Source: Octopus sinensis (taxonomy: Eukaryota). From it: 39,362 bases of DNA. Positions 22,300 through 35,214 of the stretch are shown here, piece by piece. The stretch spans positions 1 to 39,362 of the forward strand of contig NW_021827552.1 in the NCBI RefSeq assembly GCF_006345805.1, read 5' to 3'. Numbering within the stretch: the stretch's first letter is position 1; each line of letters begins with the position of its first letter. The notes beneath the pieces were generated by a model. It had not been told where the DNA came from. It saw only the letters and a list, made by a program, of their open reading frames with translations, and did no database searches. Made by a program: the position numbers and the translations under genes.

Positions 22300-23867
22300 T
22301 GGTTTTAATACGTTTTGCTGTTGTTGTATAGCTAGCATATTGATGGCTTTGTTGCTGCCACCGTTCCTTCTGCTGTGGTCGTGATTATTAGTGATGTTGT
22401 TGTTGTTGTTGATGCTATGGTGGTTGGTTTTGATGCTGCAATTGTTGGTGTAACCATTGCTGCTTCGTTTGTTATTTCTGTTGCCATTGTTATTGCTGAA
22501 ACTGTTTTTGTTGCTACAGCTGTTTCGTTGTCGTTGTTGCCGTTGATATTGCTGCAGTTGTTGGCTGTGTAGTTGCTGTTGTTATTATTGCTGGCGACGC
22601 TGTCGATGTCGTCAGTGTTTTCTTCTTCTTCTTCTTCTTCTTCTTTTTTTCTTCTTCTTCTTCTTCTTCTTCTTCTTCTTCTTCTTTTTCTTCTTCTTCT
22701 TCTTCTTCTTCTTCTTCTTTTTCGCTGCTGTTGCTATTCATCATGTCCGTATGGTCACTTTTGAACTGACCGATGTCTTTGTAAAGATCACTACTTTTGT
22801 TGGCATCGTTTCTGTTATTATTGTCGTTGTTGTTCTTTAGACATAAATCATCCTGATCATGTAGACCTGCGACCAATTCCTTCCATCCGTGACTCACTCA
22901 CCATTTATTCAAATATATTGCATCTAATACTAGGTTGACCAATGGAAGCTATCTTACATATCAACTGAATTAAGTTAATACAATGGAAAATTTGGCTGTT
23001 ATTTCTTGCAGGCGAAGGCACGAAATACCTGCCCCTTGTTGCTGTTGTTGTTTTTCTGTGAAAGGTGTGATAGGGGCGAAAGCGATTGTCGTAGTCAGCC
23101 TGAAGATTGGTGGTGTTGAAGGTGTTGGTGGAGGTGGTGGTGGTGGTGATAACCAACACCTTCAACACCACCAATGTTAGTGTTAATGGCGAATGTTGCA
23201 GTGAGGGCGACGGCGGTGGTGGTGATGATGATGATCGCGATAGTGATGGTGATGACGATGGTGTTGATTTTAGTTGTAGAGAAGGGAGTGCGAGCTGTGT
23301 TCGTTGTCGTGGTGATAATGGCGGTGACGGTGACTGCTGTGATAATGATGTTGATGTGGAGGGATGAGTAAGAGGAGATTAGTGGTGGTGGTAGTGATGG
23401 TGATGGTTATGGTGGTGATGGTGGTTGTGATGGTAGTGATGATGATGATGATGATGATCACGGCGGCAACACGGTAATGGTGATGATGGTTGTGATGCTG
23501 CTGCGGTTGACGATAATGATGACAATTATAATGATCCTCATGATGATAGTGGTGGTGTTGGTATTGGCGTTGGTGTTGGTGGTGGTGGTGTTGGCTGTGT
23601 TGCTGGTGGTGGTATTGGTGTTGGTGATAGCATTGCTGCTGTTGCTGATGATGATGGTGTTATGGAAGACGACGGCGACGAGGCCGACGACGGCGACGAG
23701 GCCGACGACGGCGACGAGGCCGACGACGGTGACGAGGCCGACGACGGCGACAACGATAACGAAAGTAATGTCAATTCAGAGGGCGATGTTAACGGCGTTG
23801 GTGGTGGAGGTGGTAGCGGTCATAAACATCATTATCATCATCATCATCGTCATCATATCATCATCGC

Positions 23868-23898
<31 letters not shown>

Positions 23899-24108
23899 GC
23901 CATCATCGTCATAATCATCATCGTCGTCATCATCCTCACCATCCTCATCATCGTCATCATCCTCACCATCGTCATCATCGTCATCACCGTCATCATCATC
24001 ATCATCGTCATTATCGTCATCGTCATCATCATCATTATCATCGTCATCATTGTCATCGTCATCATCATCATCGTCATCGTCATCATCATCATCGTCATCG
24101 TCATCGTC

Positions 24109-24160
<52 letters not shown>

Positions 24161-24268
24161 ACATTTTTATTTACTTATTCATCTATTTATTTTTCCTTCC
24201 AGTTATACTGCTGATGTCGCTCTCGCTGGCTGCCGTTGCTGCTGCTGCTGCTGCCGTTGATGTTGATC

Positions 24269-24309
<41 letters not shown>

Positions 24310-24707
24310 ACAACTGCAGTTTGTTTCGGAATTGTTGTTCTTTTATTCCCATTTATTCCAAATGTCTACATTAGCAATTCAACAGAATTAGAACAATCTT
24401 CCAGCCTACAACGGTTGATGGCTTCTAGTTTGTTCTTTCTATTGCGCCGTGTTGCATTTGCTGCCTGTTGTTCTTCAGTTTTGTTTTGTTTTGCCCTTTT
24501 TTTTATATATTTCTTTTGCTATTGTTATTCTTGTTGTGGTTGATATTTATATTGCTAGCTTTATCAATTTTATTCTTCTGTTCTTTGCAGTTTATTTTGA
24601 TGCCATTATTATTATTATTATCATTATTATTATTATTAATGATGTCTGTTTTCTTATTATAATTACTATTATTTTTATTATTATCGTTATTATTGCTATC
24701 ATCATCA

Positions 24708-24769
<62 letters not shown>

Positions 24770-24770
24770 G
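22300..24770. repeat. 2.5 kb trinucleotide repeat island (GTT, TTC, GGT, GAT, CAT, TAT) with an 18 bp GC-rich minisatellite
   Basis: Direct inspection; gacgacggcgacgaggcc x4.7 at 23668-23751. Confidence 0.92.
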
Positions 24771-25254
24771 CTTCCCTTGATTGCCTTTTACATGGTTTTG
24801 TCTTACTTTTGTATTTGTTTTATACTCGGACTTTGAGAAATTAATGCAACAGCTAATTCGTATCCTTCCCCTACTCCTTCCTCCCTCCTCTCTCTCTCTC
24901 CCTTTCTGTACCATTCCTGTGACCCCGTCATCTCCTACCTACCTCATTTACTCCCAGCTCCGTTATTTCTTTCTCCTTCTTTCCCCCCACTCTCTTTCTT
25001 CATATTACTCTATTTTATTCAGTGTCTCTCTTACTCTTTCTCCCTCTCTCTCTCCCTCCCTTTCTGTCTACTACATAATACATTATCTTCTTTCTTTCTC
25101 ACTCCCTCGTCATCTCTAATCATTATATTATTGAGTTTGTTTCTTCCTTTCCTTTCTTCCTTCCTTCGCCACCGTCCATCCACTTTTACTAATTTCCTAC
25201 ATCTCCCTCTATCTCTCACTCACTCTCTATCTCTCTTTCAATCTATTTGTCAGA

Positions 25255-25309
25255 CTCCCTATCTATCTATCTATCTATATATATATATATCTATCTATTT
25301 GTCTGTCTG

Positions 25310-25383
<74 letters not shown>

Positions 25384-25420
25384 CCTCTATCTATCTATCC
25401 ACCTATCTATCTATTTGCCT
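25255..25420. repeat. (CTAT)n microsatellite
   Basis: Direct inspection. Confidence 0.95.
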
Positions 25421-25954
25421 GTCTGCCTTTAACATGTCTTACTTCATCCATACTTACTGCTCCATTACAATCCTCTAAATCTCCATCGTCACCATTATGG
25501 TGACCTCTCAATGCTTCTATCGAATAGCCTCCTTCCTCTCTACCTGACTTTGTGACTATATGTATGGTGAGCCTGAGTATGTGGATGTGTGTTGTGTGCA
25601 TGTGAGTGTGCGCGTGTGTATGTGAGTATGCGCGTGTGTGTGCATGCACGTGTCTATGTCTAGACACGTACATATACGTGCATACAACTATATATATACA
25701 TATATATATAGGCACATCATATACACAGATTAAATAAATAGCTAGATCAATCGATCGATCGATAGAGCGATAGATAGGTAGATAGATAGATATATAGATA
25801 TGCTTGTGTGTATGGGCATGCGTTATTTCTGCATGCACAAGTAGCTCGCGTTGTATACGTTTTCTTAATACTTATGAATGAATATATGAGCATGCTAAAA
25901 ATGCTTGTATATATTTCTATATACATATTTTTACGTATGTTGAAATTTCTTGTT

Positions 25955-26590
25955 CTAATCTAGGCACAAGACACAAAGTTTTAGATGAGGGGTCAAGTCG
26001 ATCAGATCGACTTCAGCACGCTACAGGTACTTAATTTATCGACCGCAAAAGGACGAAAGGCAAAGTTGACCCCGGCGGAATTTGAACTCAGAACTTAAAG
26101 ACAAACGAAATATAGCTAAGCTTTCTGCCTAGCGTGCTAAAGTTTCTGCCAGCTCGCCACCTCCATCTGGTAAATATTCTTTTCTACCCTAGGCACAAGG
26201 CCTGAAATCTTGGCGGAGGAGACCAGTTGATTACACGGACCACAGTTCGCAACAGATACTTAATTTATCTACCCTGAAAGGATGAAATACAAAGTCGAAC
26301 CTGGCGGAATTTGAACTCAGAAGGTAAAGACAGACGAAATACCATTAAGCATTTCACTCGGTGTGCTTACCGTTTCTTATCTATTCCAGACACAAGGCCC
26401 GAAATTTTGGGGGAGGGGGCCAGTCGATTAGATCGATCCCAGTGCGCAACTGATACCTATTTAATCGACCCCGAAAGGATGAAAGGCAAAGTTGACCTTG
26501 GCGGAATTTGAACTCACAACGTAGGAGCAGACGAAATACTGCTAAGCATTTCGCCCGGCGTGCTAACGTTTCTACCGGCTCGCCCCCTTC
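25955..26590 (-). mobile_element. Three head-to-tail SINE family A copies
   Basis: About 25955-26162, 26175-26375 and 26376-26590. Confidence 0.92.
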
Positions 26591-27000
26591 GTATGTTTAA
26601 ATATTGTCGAAGTCCTGATTGCAACACTAATAATTGCGTCACGACAACCAAGTCTGAAGTTCGATTCCTGTGTGTGGAATATTCAACGTGTTTCTTTCTT
26701 TTTTTTCCATTTTTGATCGTTTAAACATTACCACGCAATGATCGAGGCGTAGTAAAGCAACAGAAGTAAGGTTGTGAGATTAAGAAGCTCGCTTTGCAAC
26801 TACGCTGACTCGCGGCACCTTGAGTGATGCCTACTAGAGCTTCGACCCAATGCAATGCTGGATATATATATATATATGTATGTATGTATATATATATATG
26901 TATGCATGTATGTATGTATGTATGTATGTATGTATGTATGTATGTATGTATGTATGTATATATATATATAAATATGTGTATATTTATGAAAATGTACATG

Positions 27001-27445
27001 AAAACATTCGTCCTCAGCCGCTTGGACTACTGCTCTCCAACTATGATCACCACACAATATAAAACTAACAGCAGAACCGAAGCAATTCAGAGAAGCTACA
27101 CAAAGAAAATCGTCTCAATGCAAAATATCAGCTACTGGAAAGACTGAAAGTATTAAACCTCTTCTCCCTAGAGCGGAGGCGGGCGAGGATGCGGTGATAT
27201 ACATCTGGAAAATCCTGGAGGTCTTGTCCCAAACTTTGGCATTCAAAGTTACCCAACCGCAGAACGGGGCGCCACTGCATGGTGCCAAAGATTCCAACAC
27301 ATCACCATCAAAATACAGGTCCAGATACTGCAACAGCTTTGGTTTCAGAGGACCACAGCTCTTTAACATCCTCCCTAAATGCCTGAGAGACTTACATGGA
27401 GTGGATGTGGGTTTCTTTAAAACTAAACTGGATCTCTTCTTGTCG
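27001..27445 (+). mobile_element. CR1-like LINE ORF2 C-terminal fragment, frameshifted
   Basis: [30 protein letters not shown](fs)RLKVLNLFSLERRR..IYIWKILE..CNSFGFRGPQLFNILPKCLRDLHGVDVGFFKTKLDLFLS, a typical CR1-type RT tail. Confidence 0.88.
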
Positions 27446-27765
27446 CTTCATACAGTTTTCATATTCCTTATAACTCATCTTTTTTACTGTCCGGTCTTGA
27501 GACCTTGTCTTTTTGTTCTCCTCTTGTTCCGTGCATTATGCGCGCTCATTTATACCCCCAGCAAATCTTTGTATTGACGCCACCCAATTGAAGAATCTTA
27601 TCGATTCGGCGTCGAAATTGATTTTTTGTTCGAAAACTGATGATGGGTGAGCGTGTTCAGGTCCTACACTATTTTTTCCTTGCTTCCATATGTACATTCG
27701 TACCCGTCTGCCATAGTCTACCATTATATATATATATATATAGTGTGTGTGTGTGTGTGTGTGTG

Positions 27766-27804
<39 letters not shown>

Positions 27805-28523
27805 CTGTGTGTGTATGTGTGTGTCTCTGTGTGCTCTGTGTATGAGAGTAAACAGCACGAATAAAAATATAAACCCTCTCCTACGGCTTAGAGCTAATTA
27901 TGAACGCAAAAGCCAAGTAATAAAAATAGAATAAAACATTTAGTTATGAAAGAAAATTTTAGGAAGGAATTATGTCGAGGCGGCAAATTCACACATAAAA
28001 TGCAACAAATTGTGAAATATAAATAGGTAATAGACATTAATACCGCCGATGTCCCACGTAATAAATTAGTTATAATATTCTTAACAGACGTTAACTGTAG
28101 TGGAAGGGAAATAAAAAAGAAATAATGTTTCAGAATATACCAAGACAGGATAACAAGGAAAATAATAACTGCTTTTAGATTACACTATCCTACATCTAAA
28201 GTAGAAAGATTATCCGGAGACGTTGATCTCTTTTGCAATTAGAAAACTATTATGAGAATAACAACAGTAAAATAAATAAAATATCTAGTAAGCAATAATA
28301 AAATCTAATACAAATGTCTTGTAGACATTGATGAAATAAATATATAACGGTTTTGCGTATTAAAGGAATTAGAAAATGAAAGAGTTTGGAGTTAGGAAGA
28401 GTGACGAGGTAAAAATGAAAAACTGTATGAGAAATGCTGGATGTTGGAAGCAAAATGTAGGGCACAAATGGGACTAAAATGATGGTAGGAATCGGCACTG
28501 TCTGGGTAATATTTTGGGAAGCA

Positions 28524-28742
28524 AAGTCGGCAAGTTGGCAGAATCGTTAGCACACCGGCCAAAATGAGTAGTGGCATTTCGTTCGTCATTTTGTTCCGCG
28601 TTCAAATTCCGTCGAGGTCGACTTTCACTGTTATCCTTTTGAGATCGATCAAATGGATACCAGTTGAACATTGGGGTTGATGTAGTCGACTTATCACCTT
28701 CCCCGAAATTGCTGGCCTTGTGCCAACATTTGAAACCAATAT
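28524..28742 (+). mobile_element. SINE family A variant, full length
   Basis: A-box ttggcagaatcgttagca, B-box gttcaaattcc, tail gccttgtgccaacatttgaaacc. Confidence 0.88.
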
Positions 28743-28904
28743 TTGGTGAAAATTAGCTTGTGGGGAATTGACGAAGAATGATCACAAAGAAGCCTGTCGT
28801 ATATATATATATATATTTATTTATTTATATGTATAAGGTAATAGACGAAATAGACCAACATGTAACTAGTAGAAAGTTGATGATTAATATTGAATGATCA
28901 TAGT

Positions 28905-29030
28905 TTAATTATGTTTAAAATAACATTTACAGCTGTTTCGGTTTGTTATTTTTTAGGTAAACTTCTGTTTACCTCGTTCCATGTAACAAACGTCATCCCA
29001 GAAATAGTGTCAAAAGATCGAAAGTTGACT
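28905..29030 (-). mobile_element. Penelope-like short repeat with an HHR-like branched hairpin
   Basis: ccGAAAcagctgta and two perfect 8 bp stems; see findings. Confidence 0.5.
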
Positions 29031-29103
29031 GGAGAAAAAAGGACATAATGACACACACACGGATATATATATATGCATATACGAATATATATGTATGCAT
29101 ATA

Positions 29104-29183
29104 ATCAAAATAAGCAACAAGGATACCTAGAGGTTATGCAGAGGTAATACACTACCTCTGAATATCCTTGTTGCTATTTTGAT
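29104..29183. repeat. 80 bp foldback element
   Basis: atcaaaataagcaacaaggata / tatccttgttgctattttgat arms; inner cagaggta/tacctctg stem. Confidence 0.85.
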
Positions 29184-29275
29184 AATACCATACTAAATTC
29201 TCGTGCCTTCAAATCAGTACCATATTCATCTGAATCTAAAGTTTTTAGGTATGCATATAGATATGTAGATTATAT

Positions 29276-29325
<50 letters not shown>

Positions 29326-29336
29326 ACACACACACA

Positions 29337-29384
<48 letters not shown>

Positions 29385-29399
29385 AGTTAATAAATAAAT

Positions 29400-29960
29400 A
29401 AAACATATGCATATATACATACATATATGTACGTACCTACCTTTACATGTATATATACATGCATATATGGGTACAGGACACCAAAAAAACGTCGAACACA
29501 ATGAGAAACGAAAACATAAACACAAAACCAAGGAAATGGACATATTTCTTAAACAACGAAAAAATAGAGTACGGGACATACAAAACAAGGAAAATTCCCC
29601 TTCTTCAGTCGCCTTAGTTTCATCTACTCCACGTTTCGAAGGTCAAGGCGATACATGACTTTAATGAAACTTTCCTTCCCGCGAAAATCAAATTAAATAA
29701 AATTTGAGATTTTTTTGCGGAGGGGTAAAAATGGTAACAAAAACAGGACAGTAACGACAGTACAAAATGTAAACAATAAAAGACAGGACAAGGAGAATAA
29801 CAGTAACACAAAAACGAAGGGTTGTTAAGCCGAACGAGATAAACATTTTTACGAACGCTATTTTTTGAGAACGGGCGAGGGAGCAACAGATGTGCCGTCT
29901 ACTTGAAGGTAGCCAGGAGAAGAAAGACAGTAGTAACCTTCTCATCACGTGTCCGCGAAT
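29400..29960 (-). mobile_element. Penelope-like repeat (~560 bp) between microsatellites
   Basis: Second partial copy at 10295-10450; minus strand carries cgaaacg and ctgaagaagg motifs typical of PLE LTRs. Confidence 0.6.
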
Positions 29961-29988
29961 ATATATATATATATATAATATATATATA

Positions 29989-30021
<33 letters not shown>

Positions 30022-30102
30022 TATCATTCATATATACATATACATACATATATACATATACATACATACACACCACATATATATATATATATATATATAT
30101 CT

Positions 30103-30348
30103 GTGGAGGCACATGGTTAGTAATTAGCGTGTTGAACTCATGATCGTAAGGTTGGGTTTCGATTCCTGGACCGGGCGATGTGTTGTGTTCTTAAGCAAAA
30201 CACTTCATTTCACGTCGCTCGAATCCACTCAGCTGGCAAAAATGAGTAATCCTGCGACGGACCGGCGTCCCGTCCAGGTGGGGAATTTTTACGCCACTGA
30301 AACTGGGAAACCGGCACTTATGAACCTGGCATGGCTCTAGAAGGAACA
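30103..30348 (+). mobile_element. tRNA-derived SINE family C (CORE-like plus V-domain-like)
   Basis: tRNA-like head with gtttcgattcc, gtgttcttaagcaaaacactt, cctgcgacggaccggcgtcccgtccagg. Confidence 0.8.
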
Positions 30349-30360
30349 TATATATCTATA

Positions 30361-30406
<46 letters not shown>

Positions 30407-30879
30407 GGAAGAGTTTTATGGTGTTATCTAGGTATGGATAATGCAGGAAATCAGTACCCAAATTGTACCAGGCGCTCCGTTGCTTCGTTTAAATCCTCTG
30501 CGATATGCGGGAAATATAATGTGAATGATAGAGAGAGTGCAATTAATTTTTGCCTGTTTAATAATGTAATTAGTGTGAGGGGAGGGGTAAAAACGAGAGG
30601 AAGTAAAAAGGAATGAGAGATAGGGAGACTGAAAGAGAAAGGAATATTGGTAAGGAGAGTGTCTGTGTATTAAAGAGTGAGGGATGGAGAGGGAAGTTTA
30701 ACGGCGAAAGTGAGAGAGAGAGAGAAAGAGAGGGAGAGAGAGACGCAATGGAAGAGAAGAGTAAAACTGAAAAAAGAAAAGAGAAATCCCATTTGGGTGG
30801 GGAGGGGAAGAAGTTAGTGATTAGCATAAATACATGCAAAGAGACTTGCTATATGCATAAACATTCACAGATAGACATG

Positions 30880-31450
<571 letters not shown>

Positions 31451-31778
31451 AGATTTATCGATGAGTGAATACACTTTACAAACATCAACACCTTGAAAGT
31501 CTTTGAGGAAATAAAAATCATTTTGTGAACTACAATTATATATGTGTCGTGTTTGTGAAAACGATAGAAGATTTCGAAGAAATTCGTCTTTTGTTACTGA
31601 TATTGAATAAAATGTTCACATCCGCTAAGTAGATGTCCCACATAACACGAGCTATATACAAGTAATCTTGTAAATTATTTCAATTGTACGCTTTGCCATA
31701 CGAACCCTACATTAATATATTATATATATATATATATATTATATAATATATATTATATATATGTATGTATGTATGCGA

Positions 31779-31813
<35 letters not shown>

Positions 31814-31834
31814 CCATGACAATCGGTATCCACT

Positions 31835-32008
31835 ACACGCATTTTTTCTCTCCTTTTTTTTTTTTTTCTGCGTCCTTTTCTGTAGAAGAGCGTAGGCTCG
31901 AAACTTAGGAGAGACTTTTTCAATTTCCTGAGCGTTAAACTAATACATCTGTTTGCTTTATACACCACCTGCCTTCGTCTTTTGTTGTTGTTTTTTTTCG
32001 TGAACTTT

Positions 32009-32012
<4 letters not shown>
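31835..32012 (+). mobile_element. Penelope-like short repeat (family D), second copy
   Basis: Similar to 17030-17185; HHR-like motif at 31872-31915. Confidence 0.7.
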
Positions 32013-32045
<33 letters not shown>

Positions 32046-32204
32046 ATACATATAAGAGGGATGACCATTAAAAGGACATCCATTATGCTAGAAGTAAACC
32101 CCCTATGGTCTTACCACTAAGAAAGGAACGTTCTCAAGAAACTTTCGCTTACGCCAGAACGTAAGTGAGCAAGACAAATGAAAAGATACGAAATAGAAAG
32201 ATTT

Positions 32205-32276
32205 ATCACAAACCCGATTTCGTTGTTACTATTTACGTAATTACTCACGTAATTGTCTACAACTCATCAGTGTGAT
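32205..32276 (-). ncRNA. Type I hammerhead ribozyme, canonical core, weak stem III
   Basis: atcaca-CUGAUGA-gttgt-(32 nt loop)-acaac-GAAA-tcggg-t-t-tgtgat; stem I 6 bp, stem II 5 bp, GUU triplet. Confidence 0.75.
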
Positions 32277-32388
32277 CGTCATAGCAAAATATAATTTGAA
32301 GAACTATACACGAAACGTCCGTGTATAATTCTATACGTCTCATAGTTCTGCAATTTATATTTTACTATGACAATCACAATGATGAGTT
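32261..32388. repeat. 47 bp inverted repeat (5 mismatches) with 34 nt spacer
   Basis: Arms 32261-32307 and 32342-32388. Confidence 0.92.
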
Positions 32389-32489
32389 CCCTCCCTACAG
32401 CTTCTGATGTCCCCTCCCTACAGTATGTATATTATATTCTTTGCCTCCCAGATCCTTACATATGATCCCTTGTGTTTAATACGTTTAAG

Positions 32490-32728
32490 AGGTTTTCACA
32501 GCAAGTGTAAGGAGTGCCAGGACTGGAGGGCTTGTTTCCTCGTTTCCTTGGCATATAAACGTCCGTGACCACTACATGCCTCCTGACTCACTCATTTATA
32601 CCTCAGTGAACCGGAACAACGTGGGATAAAAAGATTTTTGCTCCAGAGCGCAACGCGTCGCCGTCCAGTGATCGAAACGACAAACTTGCGATCGAAAGTG
32701 CACCACGGTAACCACTAGGCGATGCACT
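32490..32728 (-). mobile_element. SINE family C, diverged
   Basis: Reverse complement resembles 30103-30348 (gtggttaccgtgg head, gttgcgctctggagcaaaaatc). Confidence 0.6.
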
Positions 32729-32806
32729 ATCATTCTTTCATAGCAACATCCCACCGATGTTTTTTTGCATCATGCCTGAGTATACCATCAGCTAATCTTC
32801 AAAATC

Positions 32807-33200
32807 AAGGCGGCGAGCTGGCAGAGGCGTTAGCACGCCGGGGGAAATACTTAGCGCTATTTCGTCTGCCGCTACGTTCTGAGATCAAATTCCGCCGAGT
32901 TCAACTTTGCCTTTCATCCTTTTGGGGTCGATTAAATAAGTACCAGTTACGCACTGGGGTCGATATAATCGACTTAATCCATTTGTCTGTCCTTATTTGT
33001 CCCCACTGAGTGTAGCCTCTTGTGAGCAATATAGAAATAGGTATTTCGTCTGTCTTTTACGTTCTAAGTTCAAATTCCGCCGAGGTCGACTTTGAATTTT
33101 ATCCTTTCGGAGTTGATAAATTAAAGTATCAGCTGCGTACTGGAGACAATCTAATCGACTAGTTCTCTCCCTCAAAATTTCGGGCCTTGTTCCTAGAGTA
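32807..33200 (+). mobile_element. Two tandem SINE family A copies
   Basis: Full head aaggcggcgagctggcagaggcgttagcacg; second unit starts at gaaatag|gtatttcgtctg. Confidence 0.92.
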
Positions 33201-33254
33201 TAAAAGAGCTAAATCTTCAATTATTCTTTTTTTATATCTTCACTACTATCCTTT

Positions 33255-33425
33255 CACAAAAGCATGTGACCTAGTGGTTAAAGCCTGGCATTCCAGATCA
33301 CAATGTCATGATTTCGATTCACGGATCGGACAGAGCTTTGTGTTCTTTAGGAAAAAACTTCATTTTATGTTATCTTCTGTAAATGAAAGTAAGTAAACAT
33401 GCAACAAACTGGTTTCCCGTTCAGG
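33255..33425 (+). mobile_element. SINE family C, old partial copy
   Basis: cctagtggttaaagc..gatttcgattc..tgtgttctttaggaaaaaactt. Confidence 0.5.
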
Positions 33426-33838
33426 GAAATGTTCTAACCCCGGCCCCTTATATCGCTATGGAAATTTGGTAACCAAACTTGTAAGTCCTAGGTTTCGACA
33501 CAGCTGTTACATTACAAAACTTTCTACAAATTACTTTCCGTACAGTTTCAGCACAAAATATGATACGTCATAGGAAGATAGAAGCTTGATGACATTTTCG
33601 AACAGGGGCCATTGATGATGGCAAAAATCATCGGCGTTTACTTCAGAGAGTGTGTATCATGTATCGGATATTTGATCGAGAAGTTTTTGTTTTTGCTTTT
33701 TACCAGAACCCTGTTCCTTGTCTGGAAGTTTTTTTGCTACGTTTTTGCCTGTTTCGGGAACGCGAAATCATACTCATTCAAAATGATGTGTATGAGAGAA
33801 AGGAGATTTGTATAGGTAGTGTATATACATATATACAT

Positions 33839-33885
<47 letters not shown>

Positions 33886-34940
33886 CAAAGACATACACAT
33901 ACAGATATATATATATATATGTTTATGTACATACACATACACATATATATATATTATATATATATATATATATGTACACACACACACATATATATATATA
34001 TCTGTGTATGTGTATAAATATACACGTGTATATGAAAGCATATTAACGTTCACATACACAGATATATACATACACAAAAATTTTGTGTATATGCATACAT
34101 GTATATGTATGCACACACACACACATACACACAGATATATAAATATATATACATACGTATAGTGAAGTATATACATTTATAGACGCAGTGTACTGACGCT
34201 CGGATCGAAGGTAAATATAGAAAACTTTTTTATGATCAATTCTAAAGGGGAAGCAAATAAATAAAAAACCTCTTGATGCATTCCCTCCACCCATTCTTCT
34301 TCTTCTTCTTCACACGGTAGAGAGAAGATTTGTTTACGCGCAGACACAATATATACGTAATAAAATCGAAGCATAAAATAGCAGTCACTGTTACCATTTA
34401 TATGGTGTACATTGACTGCGAAATTGACGCATTTAATCACCTTCGAATAGTCTCGTCACGGAGATATTAGCATTTCGTTTCAAACAGGTGAATTAGTACT
34501 CTAAAAAACCCTCCAACTACGCACAGATCACATTACTCCACAGGAGTCTGTCTTTTTATTTGCCATGAACAGTTCTGTAATAATTGTATAACATCCCTTA
34601 ATGGAACTATTTTTTTATACATAATTTTACATTTTTTATTCATTTTTCTGCCAGTCTTTTATGATTTATTTTATTTATTCATTTATCATTTTGCGTGTCG
34701 GATCAGAATTTGAATATAATTGGTGAATCTAGTAATCAAGTTGACAGTAATTATACATATTGATTTCTTAATTTTGGCAGGAAAATATAAAAATAGTTTT
34801 AAGGGTGGGTATAGATGCCATGTTACAGAGGGTCCCTATAATCGATTAAATTGACATTCATAGAAGGGATGCTACAGTCTGGGCGCAATCGAATCAATAT
34901 AGCCAATGAAGTAGTCATAAGCTACTCAGAGATCCTTCAT

Positions 34941-35140
34941 CTTTATCTTTTACTTGTTTCAGTCATTTGACTGCGGCCATGTTGGAGCTCCGTCTCTAGT
35001 CGAACAAATCGACACCAGGACTTATTCTCAGTAAGCCATGTACTTATTGTATCGTTCTCTTTTGCCGAACCGCTAAGTTACGAGGACGTAAACACACCAA
35101 CATCGGTTGTCATGCGATGGTGGGGGACAAACACAGACAC
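34941..35140 (-). mobile_element. SINE family B, 3' half
   Basis: Reverse-complement match to 19111-19320. Confidence 0.9.
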
Positions 35141-35214
35141 ATAAATATATATATATATATACATATAAATACATTTAAACCAGTCATTCCATAACTATTA
35201 TCGCTTGTGTATGT

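Noticed and set aside
22897-23100. Minus-strand donor atg|GTGAGT and nearby acceptors
   Set aside because: Candidate upstream exons have stops in the frames examined; no coherent model.
23662-24543. 293 aa ORF with acidic, His-rich and poly-Ile segments
   Set aside because: Made entirely of stop-free triplet repeats that are open in several frames.
32297-32332. Plus-strand ttgaaga..gaaacgtc as a second, opposite-polarity HHR
   Set aside because: Neither stem I nor stem II can form.
33579-33815. Hydrophobic plus-strand frame (~78 codons) with a strong internal acceptor
   Set aside because: Hydrophobicity comes from T-richness; no recognisable motif.
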